Shown: positions 1 through 8,750 of the stretch, piece after piece
How the letters are laid out: every line of letters starts with the position of its first letter
How positions within the stretch are numbered: the first letter of the stretch is position 1
Assembly (NCBI GenBank): GCA_036517375.1
Contig: DATDWM010000018.1
Location: forward strand, 9,004 to 73,003
Length of the DNA stretch: 64,000 bases
Reading direction: 5' to 3'
DNA from: Minisyncoccota bacterium
GTDB taxonomy: Bacteria; Patescibacteriota; Minisyncoccia; Phycocordibacterales; UBA9973
Notes under the pieces: generated by a model
Database searches by the model: none
What the model was told of the DNA's origin: nothing
Seen by the model: the letters and a program-made list of their open reading frames with translations, nothing else
Program-made: the position numbers and the translations under genes

Positions 1-713
1 ATTTTCTTAACTTCAATACCAAACTTTTTAACATCAAGATTTTTATCTGCTTTATTGTACGCTATACCAAAACCTCCACCGAAATCCAAATACTTTAATT
101 CAGGGAAAAGAAGCGCTGTAGTGAGTAACTTTTTCATTGCCTTGGAAAGGATTAAGGCGTCTAAGACATTTGACCCGATGTGTTGATGTAGGCCGGTGAT
201 TTTCAAGTTGTATTTTTGAGCTATTTTTTTTAAATCTTTAATTTGGGATATGTCTATACCGAATTTACTATCCGGGCCACCAGTAATGACGTGGGAATGG
301 TGTCCAGCGCCGATGCCTTGGTTAAGCCGCACAGATATTTCCGTTCCTGGGAAATTTTTACCTACTACTAGAACTTGCTGTAAAGAATCTAAGTGAACTT
401 TTATTCCTTGTTTAATAACTGAGGTGAGTTCCTGTTCCGAGATATTACTGCAGGTGAAAATTATTTTAGATACTGGTACGTCAGCTTTCTTTGCTATTCT
501 GATTTCTCCAGGACTCACTGTTTCAATACCAAAGCCTTCTTTGTAGATAATCTTAATTATTTCAGGATTCGTATTTGCCTTACATGCGTAATATAAATTC
601 ATTCCTGGCAGGTTTTTCGAAAGCTCTCTACACTTGCTTTGGATAATTAGAGAATCGTATAAATAGATGGGTGTACCTGTTTCTTTGGTTATTTGAGCTA
701 GGCCCCTTTTCAT
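1..713 (-). CDS. lysA: Fold-type III PLP-dependent decarboxylase, diaminopimelate decarboxylase-like. 5' part of the gene only; the 3' end runs off the window start.
   Basis: My translation of the reverse strand from ATG (revcomp of 711-713): MKRGLAQITKETGTPIYLYDS...LYYACKANTNPEII...GLHQHIGS. The YxYD / YAxKAN / HxHxGS motifs are typical of LysA/ODC family N-terminal TIM-barrel domains. Not in the ORF track because it is partial. Confidence 0.6.
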   Translation of the reverse strand, partial: MKRGLAQITKETGTPIYLYDSLIIQSKCRELSKNLPGMNLYYACKANTNPEIIKIIYKEGFGIETVSPGEIRIAKKADVPVSKIIFTCSNISEQELTSVIKQGIKVHLDSLQQVLVVGKNFPGTEISVRLNQGIGAGHHSHVITGGPDSKFGIDISQIKDLKKIAQKYNLKITGLHQHIGSNVLDALILSKAMKKLLTTALLFPELKYLDFGGGFGIAYNKADKNLDVKKFGIEVKK

Positions 714-722
714 AACAACACT

Positions 723-2726
723 CTACAACAAATCCTCGGGATCTACAAATACGTCAAAGTTAGGTGGCAGAGACATTATTTTAGATAAAAGTTCTTGATC
801 AAGGCTGGAATTAAGAGAAAGTTCAGGCAGAGACCATTTTTGTGGATCGAGCTTGATTAGGGTATTGGTGACGTATTTACCCTTCCGTTTTACGTGGAAG
901 CCGCTGAAAATCTCAGGAGAGTATCCCTTGAAAATCTCCCTAAGTAGTTCCTTGGCTCTGTCTGTTTGTAACTTGTCGCCTAGGTGTACTATTTTTATAA
1001 AACGTTTCCATGGCGGATAGTCCATCTTCTTTCTATCAGCTAATTCCTCCCGTACAAAGGAGAGTAAGTTGCCACTTTTTATGGCTAGTATCGCCGGATC
1101 GTCCACATTTTTTGTTTGAATAATGAACATAGAGGCTGTCTGGTGAATTATTGAAATCACAAGCTCGGTCATCTTCTCGCTTATTCTAAAGTTCGGTATG
1201 CTCCAGAATGAGTCAAATGAAGCTACGATAGAAAGATGCACCTTTTCTTTCAAATAAAATAGAGCCATCTCAGTGCCGATAAGTATTGACCCGGGAGTAC
1301 TCTCGAACTCCTCTACTATTTTCTCCGCTTCCTTGGCGGAATGCACAGAGTCCCTGTCTAATTTAAATATCTTTGTTTTCTTTCCCCCGCCTGTTGGACG
1401 GGCAGGCTTTTGAAATATTTCCTTCACTTTCTCGTGCACGGTGTCCGTGCCGATGCCTAAAGGCATCAAGTTCCAGCTTTTGCAATTTACGCAGGCCGTA
1501 TCCGGAGCTATTTCGCGGTGGCATCTGTTGCAGGCAAACATTCTTTTCTTGCCATCTCGGGAGAGGTACAGGACTACCGGCGCGCCGCACTTTTCACACA
1601 GAACTGTATTGTTGCAGTCCTTGCACACTGTCATAGTGGCAAGGCCCTTCCTTAAAGAAAAGATAAAAACATTTCGGTCTTTGTCTACCGCTCTCTCTAT
1701 ATTTTTAATACTTTCATCAGTTAGAATTTTAAATTCTTTTCTTTCGATGCGTGAAGTGGGCTCTTTACCTATTATTTTTATCTCCCCATCAAAGTCTATT
1801 CGGAAAGAAAGTGGGCTCACGTTTGTAACCCCGTCGAGTTCACTCCGGGCACTGGTTTCAAAGCGTAGCAAGGTATCACCTAAAATAAATTTCACATTCA
1901 TTTTAGCGGCAAATATTTCTACGAAGACTCGCAGGTCCAGGTGTGGTCGAGATATTGATTTGTAGCCGTTCGAGCTTTCATGTTCTAGGATAATAACTCC
2001 AATGTCCGGGCGGGGGATAGATAGAAAGGGGGCGGTACCTATAATGAGCACCGGATGCTCTGTTTCTATCACGCGCTCTATGCGCTCCAGAGTTTTTTTA
2101 TTCCCGAGACCGCTGTGAATGTAGAAAGTGAACTTTTCTATCCCCTTGGATAGGGATTCATGGAAGTTTTTTATATCATGTTCGGTGGGGAGCACGATGA
2201 AAACCGACTTTTTCTGCGCAAAGGAGCTACGGATTAGAGTTTTATAAAAAGAAACGCGCTCCGGAAGGGGAGCTTGGAAAAGTAATTTTTCTGTTCGAAT
2301 ATTTTTCCCGCCCACCGTGGATTCACCCTGGACACTACTATTATTTAATTCTTTATTCTTCCACTTTGATATTTTGTCATACTCTTCTCGCAAGACTGCC
2401 GGCAGTAGGTGGGTGACTACGTCATTTTTCCTAGCGGCAAAATACTTGGCCGTATCAAAGGCCGACTCTATGTATTCTTTTTTAAAGATGGAATGTTCCT
2501 TAACCTCGATTATTTTCTTCAGGTTGAAATTCATCTCTTTAACTTCGGATTTCGCGCCGCTTAATTCTTCCGAGGATACTACTAAGCCTAGAGTTTTACT
2601 GTTACGTAAGGACACGTTCACGATACTACCATCTGGTATTTCCAGACTGCTGAAATAGGTTAAATCGCTTTTCCAGACACCTTTCTTTAAGGGAATTACT
2701 GTCACTATTTTCATACCAGTGCTCAT
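723..2726 (-). CDS. priA: Primosomal protein N' (PriA helicase)
   Basis: 667 aa. Helicase motifs (VLIIGTAPF..., ILEHESS) and the Cys-rich zinc-binding insert CKDCNNTVLCEKCGAPV...CNRCH typical of PriA. The stop lies 9 nt upstream of the lysA-like start, so the two are probably an operon. Confidence 0.85.
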   Translation of the reverse strand: MSTGMKIVTVIPLKKGVWKSDLTYFSSLEIPDGSIVNVSLRNSKTLGLVVSSEELSGAKSEVKEMNFNLKKIIEVKEHSIFKKEYIESAFDTAKYFAARKNDVVTHLLPAVLREEYDKISKWKNKELNNSSVQGESTVGGKNIRTEKLLFQAPLPERVSFYKTLIRSSFAQKKSVFIVLPTEHDIKNFHESLSKGIEKFTFYIHSGLGNKKTLERIERVIETEHPVLIIGTAPFLSIPRPDIGVIILEHESSNGYKSISRPHLDLRVFVEIFAAKMNVKFILGDTLLRFETSARSELDGVTNVSPLSFRIDFDGEIKIIGKEPTSRIERKEFKILTDESIKNIERAVDKDRNVFIFSLRKGLATMTVCKDCNNTVLCEKCGAPVVLYLSRDGKKRMFACNRCHREIAPDTACVNCKSWNLMPLGIGTDTVHEKVKEIFQKPARPTGGGKKTKIFKLDRDSVHSAKEAEKIVEEFESTPGSILIGTEMALFYLKEKVHLSIVASFDSFWSIPNFRISEKMTELVISIIHQTASMFIIQTKNVDDPAILAIKSGNLLSFVREELADRKKMDYPPWKRFIKIVHLGDKLQTDRAKELLREIFKGYSPEIFSGFHVKRKGKYVTNTLIKLDPQKWSLPELSLNSSLDQELLSKIMSLPPNFDVFVDPEDLL

Positions 2727-2743
2727 CCTAGGATTCTAACACA

Positions 2744-2809
2744 AATGTAATATACCCCCACACCTATTACTTACCTTGATTAAAAATAGGTGTGGGGGTA
2801 TATTACATT
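2744..2809. repeat. Perfect 25-bp inverted repeat (arms 2744-2768 and 2785-2809, 16-nt spacer) in the divergent priA/mreB intergenic region
   Basis: Left arm aatgtaatatacccccacacctatt. Right arm aataggtgtgggggtatattacatt is its exact reverse complement. Confidence 0.9.
2776..2804 (+). promoter_or_regulatory. Putative sigma70-type promoter for mreB: -35 TTGATT (2776-2781), 17-nt spacer, -10 TATATT (2799-2804). The predicted TSS is at or next to the mreB ATG, so the transcript may be leaderless.
   Basis: Hexamers and spacing read directly from the sequence. The -10 lies inside the right arm of the 25-bp palindrome. Confidence 0.4.
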
Positions 2810-2810
2810 A

Positions 2811-3824
2811 ATGGGAATTTTTTCCAAAAAATTAGGCATAGATTTGGGCACGGCCAATACTTTAGTGTTTCTACCCGGCAAAGGAATCGTGCTAAATGAG
2901 CCTTCAGTTGTGGCCGTTTCGGAACAAGATAATAAAATTTTAGCTATCGGGTTTGAAGCTAAAGACATGATTGGTAAAACTCCAGAAGCGATAATTACCT
3001 ACCTGCCGATGAAAGACGGAGTTATTGCGGACTACCGTGTGACGGAGGCAATGCTTAAATATTTTATCAACAAAGCCATGGGGCGGTTTAATCTTTTTAA
3101 GCCGGATGTGATGGTGTCCGTACCTGCGGGCGTTACTTCAACCGAAAGACGTGCGGTGGTAGAAGCCGCGGTACGAGCAGGAGCGAAGAATGCGTATGTA
3201 GTTAAGGAGCCGATCCTAGCGGCGATAGGCGCAGGGATACCCATACATGAGTCCAAGGGCTACATGGTGGTAGATATCGGAGGAGGCACGACGGATGTCG
3301 CGGTGATCTCGCTCGGCGGAATTGTGGCTTCCACTTCCGTGAAATGCGCGGGTAATAAAATTGATCAAGCTATTGCGGATTATATTAAAAGAACTTTCAA
3401 CTTAGCTATCGGAGACCGGACAGCGGAAGAAGTAAAAATAAAAATAGGCGCTGCGGTACCGCTTGAAGAAGAACTTAGGGTTACCATTAAGGGCCGGGAC
3501 TTTATTCAGGGGCTTCCTCGTTCCGCGCAGGTCGGAACCAATGAAATAGTTAAGGCGATAGATGGGGAATTGAAACACATCATCAAGGCGATCCGGGATG
3601 TCTTACAGGAAACTCCGCCCGAGCTTGCTTCCGACATTATGGACTTCGGCATCATTATGACTGGGGGATCATCCCAGTTGCGGAATTTAACAGATTTGGT
3701 TTATCGGAAGACTGGGGTTAAGGCAATACTCGCTCCGGACCCACTTTTCTGTGTCGTTAAGGGTACGGGTATAGCCCTCGAGCACTTGGATGTTTACAAG
3801 AAGACTGTTTTAAGTAAAAGATAA
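2811..3824 (+). CDS. mreB: Rod shape-determining protein MreB (actin-like ATPase)
   Basis: MGIFSKKLGIDLGTANTLVF... is a classic MreB N-terminus, with phosphate-1/2 and adenosine motifs (DIGGGTTD). I prefer ATG 2811 over the ORF-track GTG at 2790. Confidence 0.9.
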   Translation: MGIFSKKLGIDLGTANTLVFLPGKGIVLNEPSVVAVSEQDNKILAIGFEAKDMIGKTPEAIITYLPMKDGVIADYRVTEAMLKYFINKAMGRFNLFKPDVMVSVPAGVTSTERRAVVEAAVRAGAKNAYVVKEPILAAIGAGIPIHESKGYMVVDIGGGTTDVAVISLGGIVASTSVKCAGNKIDQAIADYIKRTFNLAIGDRTAEEVKIKIGAAVPLEEELRVTIKGRDFIQGLPRSAQVGTNEIVKAIDGELKHIIKAIRDVLQETPPELASDIMDFGIIMTGGSSQLRNLTDLVYRKTGVKAILAPDPLFCVVKGTGIALEHLDVYKKTVLSKR

Positions 3825-3827
3825 AAT

Positions 3828-4529
3828 ATGAGCTTGAAAGAGCATCTAAATAAAAAAAATCTTCACCATGCGTATTTGATTGAAGGGGTGCGGGAAGAAA
3901 TGGTTCCTGAAATTTTATCCTTACTTCCTGAGTTAGGTGTAGAGGTCATGGGTAATTCTGACTTTGCTCATGTTACCCTCGATACATTTAAGGTGGAAGA
4001 TGCTAGGAATTTAAAATCATACGCTCTCGAGCGCGCAAATTCTGGTGGTAAAAAGGTATTTATCGTTGCAACCAATAACTTTTTACTCGAAGCGCAGAAT
4101 ACCTTACTTAAAATGTTTGAAGAACCGATAGAGAATACGCATTTTTTCCTAATAGTGCCAGATGCAAGCGCGCTACTTAAAACTTTTATTTCAAGATTTT
4201 ATTTCATCTCCGCTAGGCAAGACCTAGCGGTAGAATTAAAAGAGGCCGAGAAGTTTATAGCCATGAACCCGAGCGCGCGGATTAATTTTATTAAAGAATT
4301 ACTTGCGGAAAATGAAGATGACGATGAAGCGCTTGCTCTCGACTCCAGTCGCGCAAAGGCACTAAGGTTCCTAAACGAACTAGAAAGTGCTCTCCATAAG
4401 AACCCTGTGTCAAGGATGCCCCTTGACACGTACCAGCAAATTTTCCAAGTTCGTAAATTCTTACGCATGCCGGGGAGTTCTACGAAAAGCCTGATGGAAT
4501 CTGTCGCATTGGTTATCCCTGTGATATAA
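3828..4529 (+). CDS. holB: DNA polymerase III delta' subunit-like clamp-loader protein (AAA+)
   Basis: N-terminal HHAYLIEG and NTLLKMFEEP (sensor/Arg-finger region) resemble the HolB/DnaX family. The AAA+ fold is short (233 aa). Confidence 0.65.
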   Translation: MSLKEHLNKKNLHHAYLIEGVREEMVPEILSLLPELGVEVMGNSDFAHVTLDTFKVEDARNLKSYALERANSGGKKVFIVATNNFLLEAQNTLLKMFEEPIENTHFFLIVPDASALLKTFISRFYFISARQDLAVELKEAEKFIAMNPSARINFIKELLAENEDDDEALALDSSRAKALRFLNELESALHKNPVSRMPLDTYQQIFQVRKFLRMPGSSTKSLMESVALVIPVI

Positions 4530-4536
4530 TGAGCGT

Positions 4537-5088
4537 ATGCAATACAACTTTTCCAATTTTAAAACTGAATTAAAGAGGGTAGAAGATTTTTTAGGTAGTA
4601 CTTACAGCCAGCTCAACATCGGCCGGGCATCACCTATGGTGCTAGATGGTGTTTCCGTAGAGTCCTACGGTTCCTATGTGCCGCTTAAGAACGTGGCTTC
4701 AGTGTCTATCGAAGACCCGAAAACTCTCCGCATTGCGCCTTGGGACAAAAGTCAGATCAAGGATATTGAACGCGCGATAGTGGGGTCGAATTTAGGATTA
4801 TCTGTGGCAACTGATGATGGAGGCATAAGAGTAATATTTCCTCAGCTGACTACCGAAACCAGGCAGACACTGGTCAAAGTTTTAAAAGAGAAGCTTGAAG
4901 AAGCCAGGATTACTGTGCGCCGCGAGCGGGAAGTTGTTTCAAGTGACATAGAGGCCAAGGAAAAAGAAGCCAAGCTTACCGAAGACGATAAATTCCGAGC
5001 CAAGGAAGAATTGCAGAAAATTATTAATGAAGTAAACGCTAACCTAGAAGGAATTTTTGAAAAGAAAGAGCGTGAAGTAATGGGGTAG
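4537..5088 (+). CDS. frr: Ribosome recycling factor
   Basis: 183 aa. RIAPWDKSQIKDIERAI...SNLGLS and a C-terminal charged helix are typical of RRF. Confidence 0.9.
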   Translation: MQYNFSNFKTELKRVEDFLGSTYSQLNIGRASPMVLDGVSVESYGSYVPLKNVASVSIEDPKTLRIAPWDKSQIKDIERAIVGSNLGLSVATDDGGIRVIFPQLTTETRQTLVKVLKEKLEEARITVRREREVVSSDIEAKEKEAKLTEDDKFRAKEELQKIINEVNANLEGIFEKKEREVMG

Positions 5089-5097
5089 AATAAAAAA

Positions 5098-6222
5098 ATG
5101 AGCGTAATAATATTCATCATAATCTTATTAGTGCTGGTTGTCGTCCATGAGTTTGGGCACTTTTTTGCCGCGAAGAGATTCGGCATTCGAGTGGATGAAT
5201 TCGGATTTGGTTTTCCGCCAAAGTTATTCGGCTGGAAGTACAAGGAGACGGAGTACACCTTTAACCTCTTTCCAGTGGGTGGCTTTGTAAAAATATTTGG
5301 TGAGACACCTAATGCAGAAAATATAAGTGGTCCGGACAGCGCGCGGAGCTTCGTCAATAAAGCTAAATGGAAGCAAGCCATAGTGCTCTTTGCTGGAGTC
5401 TTTATGAATTTTATTCTCGCCTGGATATTGTTTTCCTTCGGACTAATGTCCGGACTGCCAACGTCCGTCGGTAGTGCTCTGCCTGGGTATGAGCTCGAAG
5501 ATGTAAATTTGATTGTAGTGTCGGTGAATCCAGAATCTCCAGCCGCATTAGCAGGACTCAAGCCCGGGGATGCTATTGTCTCGGTGGCAAGCTTGCCAGT
5601 AAAAGCCGGAGAGGAGAGTGAAAACTTGCAAGAAATTAATCCTGATACTTTGAAATCCTTCGTCGTCTCTCGCCCTAATAAAGAAATCGAAATAGGCTAC
5701 ACTCGCGGTAAAAATGACGAAGATATAAAATTTGTAAGCCTGATACCAACCCCAAGTGTTGTCGACGGTAGGCCAGCCATAGGCATATCCATGGATCAAA
5801 TAGGTACGACCAAATTGCCCTTTTTCGTGGCCTTAAAGGAGGGAATGAGAGTAACTCTATATATCACCAAAGACACTGCTGTGGGGCTTTATACGCTTAT
5901 TGTAGAAGGTTTAAAGGGTCAAGGTAGCTTGGCTGGTGTTACTGGGCCAGTAGGAATGGTGGGTATTGTAGGGGACGCGTATGACTTCGGCTTTGCCTAC
6001 TTGCTGTCCTTCGCGGCACTGATTTCGATAAACTTGGCAATAATAAATTTACTTCCATTCCCGGCGCTCGACGGTGGCAGACTACTCTTTCTTTTAATTG
6101 AAAAAATTAAAGGTTCAGTCATGAGTCCGAAGATTGCAAACACTGCTAACCTTGTTGGCTTTGTGATTCTAATTCTTCTTATGGTCCTAGTTACCTATCA
6201 TGACATCACTAGGTTGTTCTAA
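5098..6222 (+). CDS. rseP: RIP metalloprotease RseP (site-2 protease, M50 family) with PDZ domain
   Basis: HEFGHFFAAKRFG (HExxH) in TM1 and NLLPFPALDGG (LDG motif) near the C-terminus. Internal PDZ-like region. Confidence 0.85.
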   Translation: MSVIIFIIILLVLVVVHEFGHFFAAKRFGIRVDEFGFGFPPKLFGWKYKETEYTFNLFPVGGFVKIFGETPNAENISGPDSARSFVNKAKWKQAIVLFAGVFMNFILAWILFSFGLMSGLPTSVGSALPGYELEDVNLIVVSVNPESPAALAGLKPGDAIVSVASLPVKAGEESENLQEINPDTLKSFVVSRPNKEIEIGYTRGKNDEDIKFVSLIPTPSVVDGRPAIGISMDQIGTTKLPFFVALKEGMRVTLYITKDTAVGLYTLIVEGLKGQGSLAGVTGPVGMVGIVGDAYDFGFAYLLSFAALISINLAIINLLPFPALDGGRLLFLLIEKIKGSVMSPKIANTANLVGFVILILLMVLVTYHDITRLF

Positions 6223-6257
6223 TGTTCTAACGAACGATAGAATGATATTTAAACATT

Positions 6258-7985
6258 TTGCAAAATATCAGAATGAAAGAAAGTGAAATAAGAAATTGTC
6301 AGAATTGCAAAACAGACTTCACGATAGAAACTGAAGATTTTAACTTCTACGAAAAAATAAAAGTTCCGCCCCCAACTTTTTGCCCAGAGTGTCGTTTGAT
6401 GCGACGTTTTATGCATACAAGCGAAACTGTTTTATATAAAAGGAAGTGTGATTTTTCTGGTAAAGAAATATTTAGCATGCATCCTGAGGGAGCAGAATTT
6501 CCTGTTTATGATACTGATATCTGGTATTCGGACGCCTGGGATCCTTATGCGTATGGAATGGATTACAACCCCAGTCGTCCATTCTTAGAACAATATTTTG
6601 AACTTCAAAGAAAGATACCTCGTATGTCTATCGTGAGACAAGGCATGGCTGTTAATAGTCCTTACGCACACCGAGTCACTGACCCTAAAAATGCGTATAT
6701 GGTCTTTCGTAGTTCTTATGCAGAAAATTCTTTTTATGTTTATAACGGTAAAAAACATGTCATGGATTGTTGTGACTGCTCCTGGATTTTTGAATGTGAG
6801 CTCTGTTATGAATGCGTGAATTGTGCCAATTGTTACAATGTAAAATTTGGGCAAGAAAGCAAAGATTCTCGAGACTGTTCTTTCATTTATGCATGCAGAA
6901 ACAGTTCTAATTGTGTAGGGTGTGTGAATTTAGTAAATGCGGAGTACTGTATCTGGAACAAAAAATATACAAAAGAAGAATACTTTAAAAAGATTAAGGA
7001 AATGGAATTAAACACTTTCTCCGGTATCGAAAAAATAAAAGTCGAATTTGAAAATTTCAGAAAGACATTTCCACAAAGATCAACTATGTCTATAAAATCC
7101 GATGATGTATCCGGTAACTGGTTTTTAAATAGTAAGAATGTTCACAAATCTTTTGACTGCGAGGGGGTAAAAGACGGGAAATATCTATTTATGGTGTTTG
7201 ATGCACAGGACTGCATGGACTATTTTGAATGGGGTAATAAAGCAGAGCAGATATACGAATCGCAAAATTGCGGACTTGATATTGCACGGCTTTATTTCTG
7301 TAATCAGTGTTGGGCGGGAGCACATGACCTTTATTATTGTGATCTTTGCCCTGGTGCACATGATTGTTTTGGTTGTGTTGGTCTTAAGAAAGGGGAATAT
7401 TCAATTTTAAATAAAAAATATCCAAAAAAAGAATATGAAGTTCTTAAAAAAGAAATCACAGAGCAGATGAAGAGAGTGCCCTATATAGACAAAAAAGGTT
7501 TAGAGTATCGATTTGGTGAAAATTTCCCTCCATCTTTTTCCGATCATGCTTATAATGAAACTATCGCTAATTATTATTATCCGCTTACTAAAGAGGAAAC
7601 AGAAAATACCGGGTATCGTTGGGCGGACAGAAAGAAAAGAAACTATGATGTTACACTGAAACCCGCAGACTTACCAGAAACAATAGGGGAAGTAAATGAT
7701 TTGATTTTAGGTGAAGTTATAGAATGTGCCGAAAAGGATAATCCGAATTCAGTGGGAGCGTATAGAATTGTAGAAAACGAACTATCTTTTTACCGAAGAA
7801 TGGATTTGCCTTTACCGAGAGTTTGTTTCGATATTAGACATATACGAAGAATGGATAAACGCCCGCCCTTAAAAATTATAAATCGCAACTGTTCAAAATG
7901 TAGTAAAGAGGTGGAAACAGTCTATACAGAGCACTATGCACCGATTTTATACTGTGAAAAGTGTTATCAGCAGGAGGTATATTAG
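6258..7985 (+). CDS. Cys-rich hypothetical protein with N- and C-terminal zinc-ribbon-like motifs and internal Cys repeats
   Basis: 575 aa. N-terminus CQNCKTDFTIETEDFNFYEKIKVPPPTFCPECRLMRRF. A related motif sits near the C-terminus (FYRRMDLPLPRVCFDIRHIRRMDKRPPL), followed by CSKCSK...YCEKCY. Two internal CxxC-rich blocks each end in NKKY[TP]KEEY. No recognisable enzymatic motif. Confidence 0.6.
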   Translation: MQNIRMKESEIRNCQNCKTDFTIETEDFNFYEKIKVPPPTFCPECRLMRRFMHTSETVLYKRKCDFSGKEIFSMHPEGAEFPVYDTDIWYSDAWDPYAYGMDYNPSRPFLEQYFELQRKIPRMSIVRQGMAVNSPYAHRVTDPKNAYMVFRSSYAENSFYVYNGKKHVMDCCDCSWIFECELCYECVNCANCYNVKFGQESKDSRDCSFIYACRNSSNCVGCVNLVNAEYCIWNKKYTKEEYFKKIKEMELNTFSGIEKIKVEFENFRKTFPQRSTMSIKSDDVSGNWFLNSKNVHKSFDCEGVKDGKYLFMVFDAQDCMDYFEWGNKAEQIYESQNCGLDIARLYFCNQCWAGAHDLYYCDLCPGAHDCFGCVGLKKGEYSILNKKYPKKEYEVLKKEITEQMKRVPYIDKKGLEYRFGENFPPSFSDHAYNETIANYYYPLTKEETENTGYRWADRKKRNYDVTLKPADLPETIGEVNDLILGEVIECAEKDNPNSVGAYRIVENELSFYRRMDLPLPRVCFDIRHIRRMDKRPPLKIINRNCSKCSKEVETVYTEHYAPILYCEKCYQQEVY

Positions 7986-8021
7986 GGAACGGATATCAGC
8001 ATACTAGTAGGCGAGTATTTT

Positions 8022-8747
8022 ATGACAAAAATTAAATTAATTCATGAAGTTCGGGCGGTGAAGAGCAGGAAAGAACTTGCGAATATTGTGCGTGCGCAGA
8101 GGATAAGCGAGCGGGTGCTACAATTTATTATAAAAAAGATAAAGTCTGGTATAAGTGAAATACAAGTTGCTAATTTAATTAAAAAAGCATATATCAGCCA
8201 TGGCGTATATGTGTTATCTTTTCCGCCGATCGTAGCATTTGGTAAAAATACGTCCAATATTCACCACGAACCAGGGAAAAGTAAATTAAAGCGGGGAGAT
8301 ATCATTATGTTCGATTTCGGCTGTACTGTAAATCATTATTGTTCCGACATGACTCGCACGTATTTCTGGGGTAAGCCTTCTGCTAAGCAGAAGAAAGTTT
8401 ATGAAGCAGTTCTTGAGGCACAGAACATTGCACTCCGGAAAATTATGAATGGCGAAAAGCGAGCAAAGGTTATAGATGCCTCGGCTCGAAAATTTTTGGC
8501 TAAAAAATTTAGGAACAATTTCAAGCACGGCCTTGGTCATGGAGTAGGCACAGTCATACATGAGTGGCCGAACTTTAAACCCAAGAGTGAAGATATTCTG
8601 CCCATAGGCTGTGTGATGACAGTCGAGCCTGGGATTTACTTGAAAGACTTTGGCGGGGTACGCATAGAAGATATGGTATTAATTAGCAAAAAAGGAGGCA
8701 AAAACCTTACAAAAATTGCTAAAAATCTAGAAAGTGTTACATTATAA
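8022..8747 (+). CDS. M24-family metallopeptidase (Xaa-Pro aminopeptidase / MetAP-like pita-bread fold), catalytic domain only
   Basis: The metal ligands appear in HGLGHGVG...HE and EPGIY...GGVRIED, which is M24-like. 241 aa. Confidence 0.7.
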   Translation: MTKIKLIHEVRAVKSRKELANIVRAQRISERVLQFIIKKIKSGISEIQVANLIKKAYISHGVYVLSFPPIVAFGKNTSNIHHEPGKSKLKRGDIIMFDFGCTVNHYCSDMTRTYFWGKPSAKQKKVYEAVLEAQNIALRKIMNGEKRAKVIDASARKFLAKKFRNNFKHGLGHGVGTVIHEWPNFKPKSEDILPIGCVMTVEPGIYLKDFGGVRIEDMVLISKKGGKNLTKIAKNLESVTL

Positions 8748-8750
8748 GGG

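Noticed and set aside
1363-1965. Three short ORFs (75-174 aa) inside or antisense to priA
   Set aside because: Nested within a confidently identified PriA reading frame. Translations are low-complexity.
2790-2810. GTG start for mreB given by the ORF track (MWGYITLMGIFS...)
   Set aside because: ATG at 2811 gives the canonical MreB N-terminus MGIFSKKLGIDLG. The upstream 21 nt lie inside the palindrome/promoter.
4842-5561. 239-aa minus-strand ORF overlapping frr and rseP
   Set aside because: Antisense to two well-supported genes. Low-complexity S/T-rich translation, no motifs.
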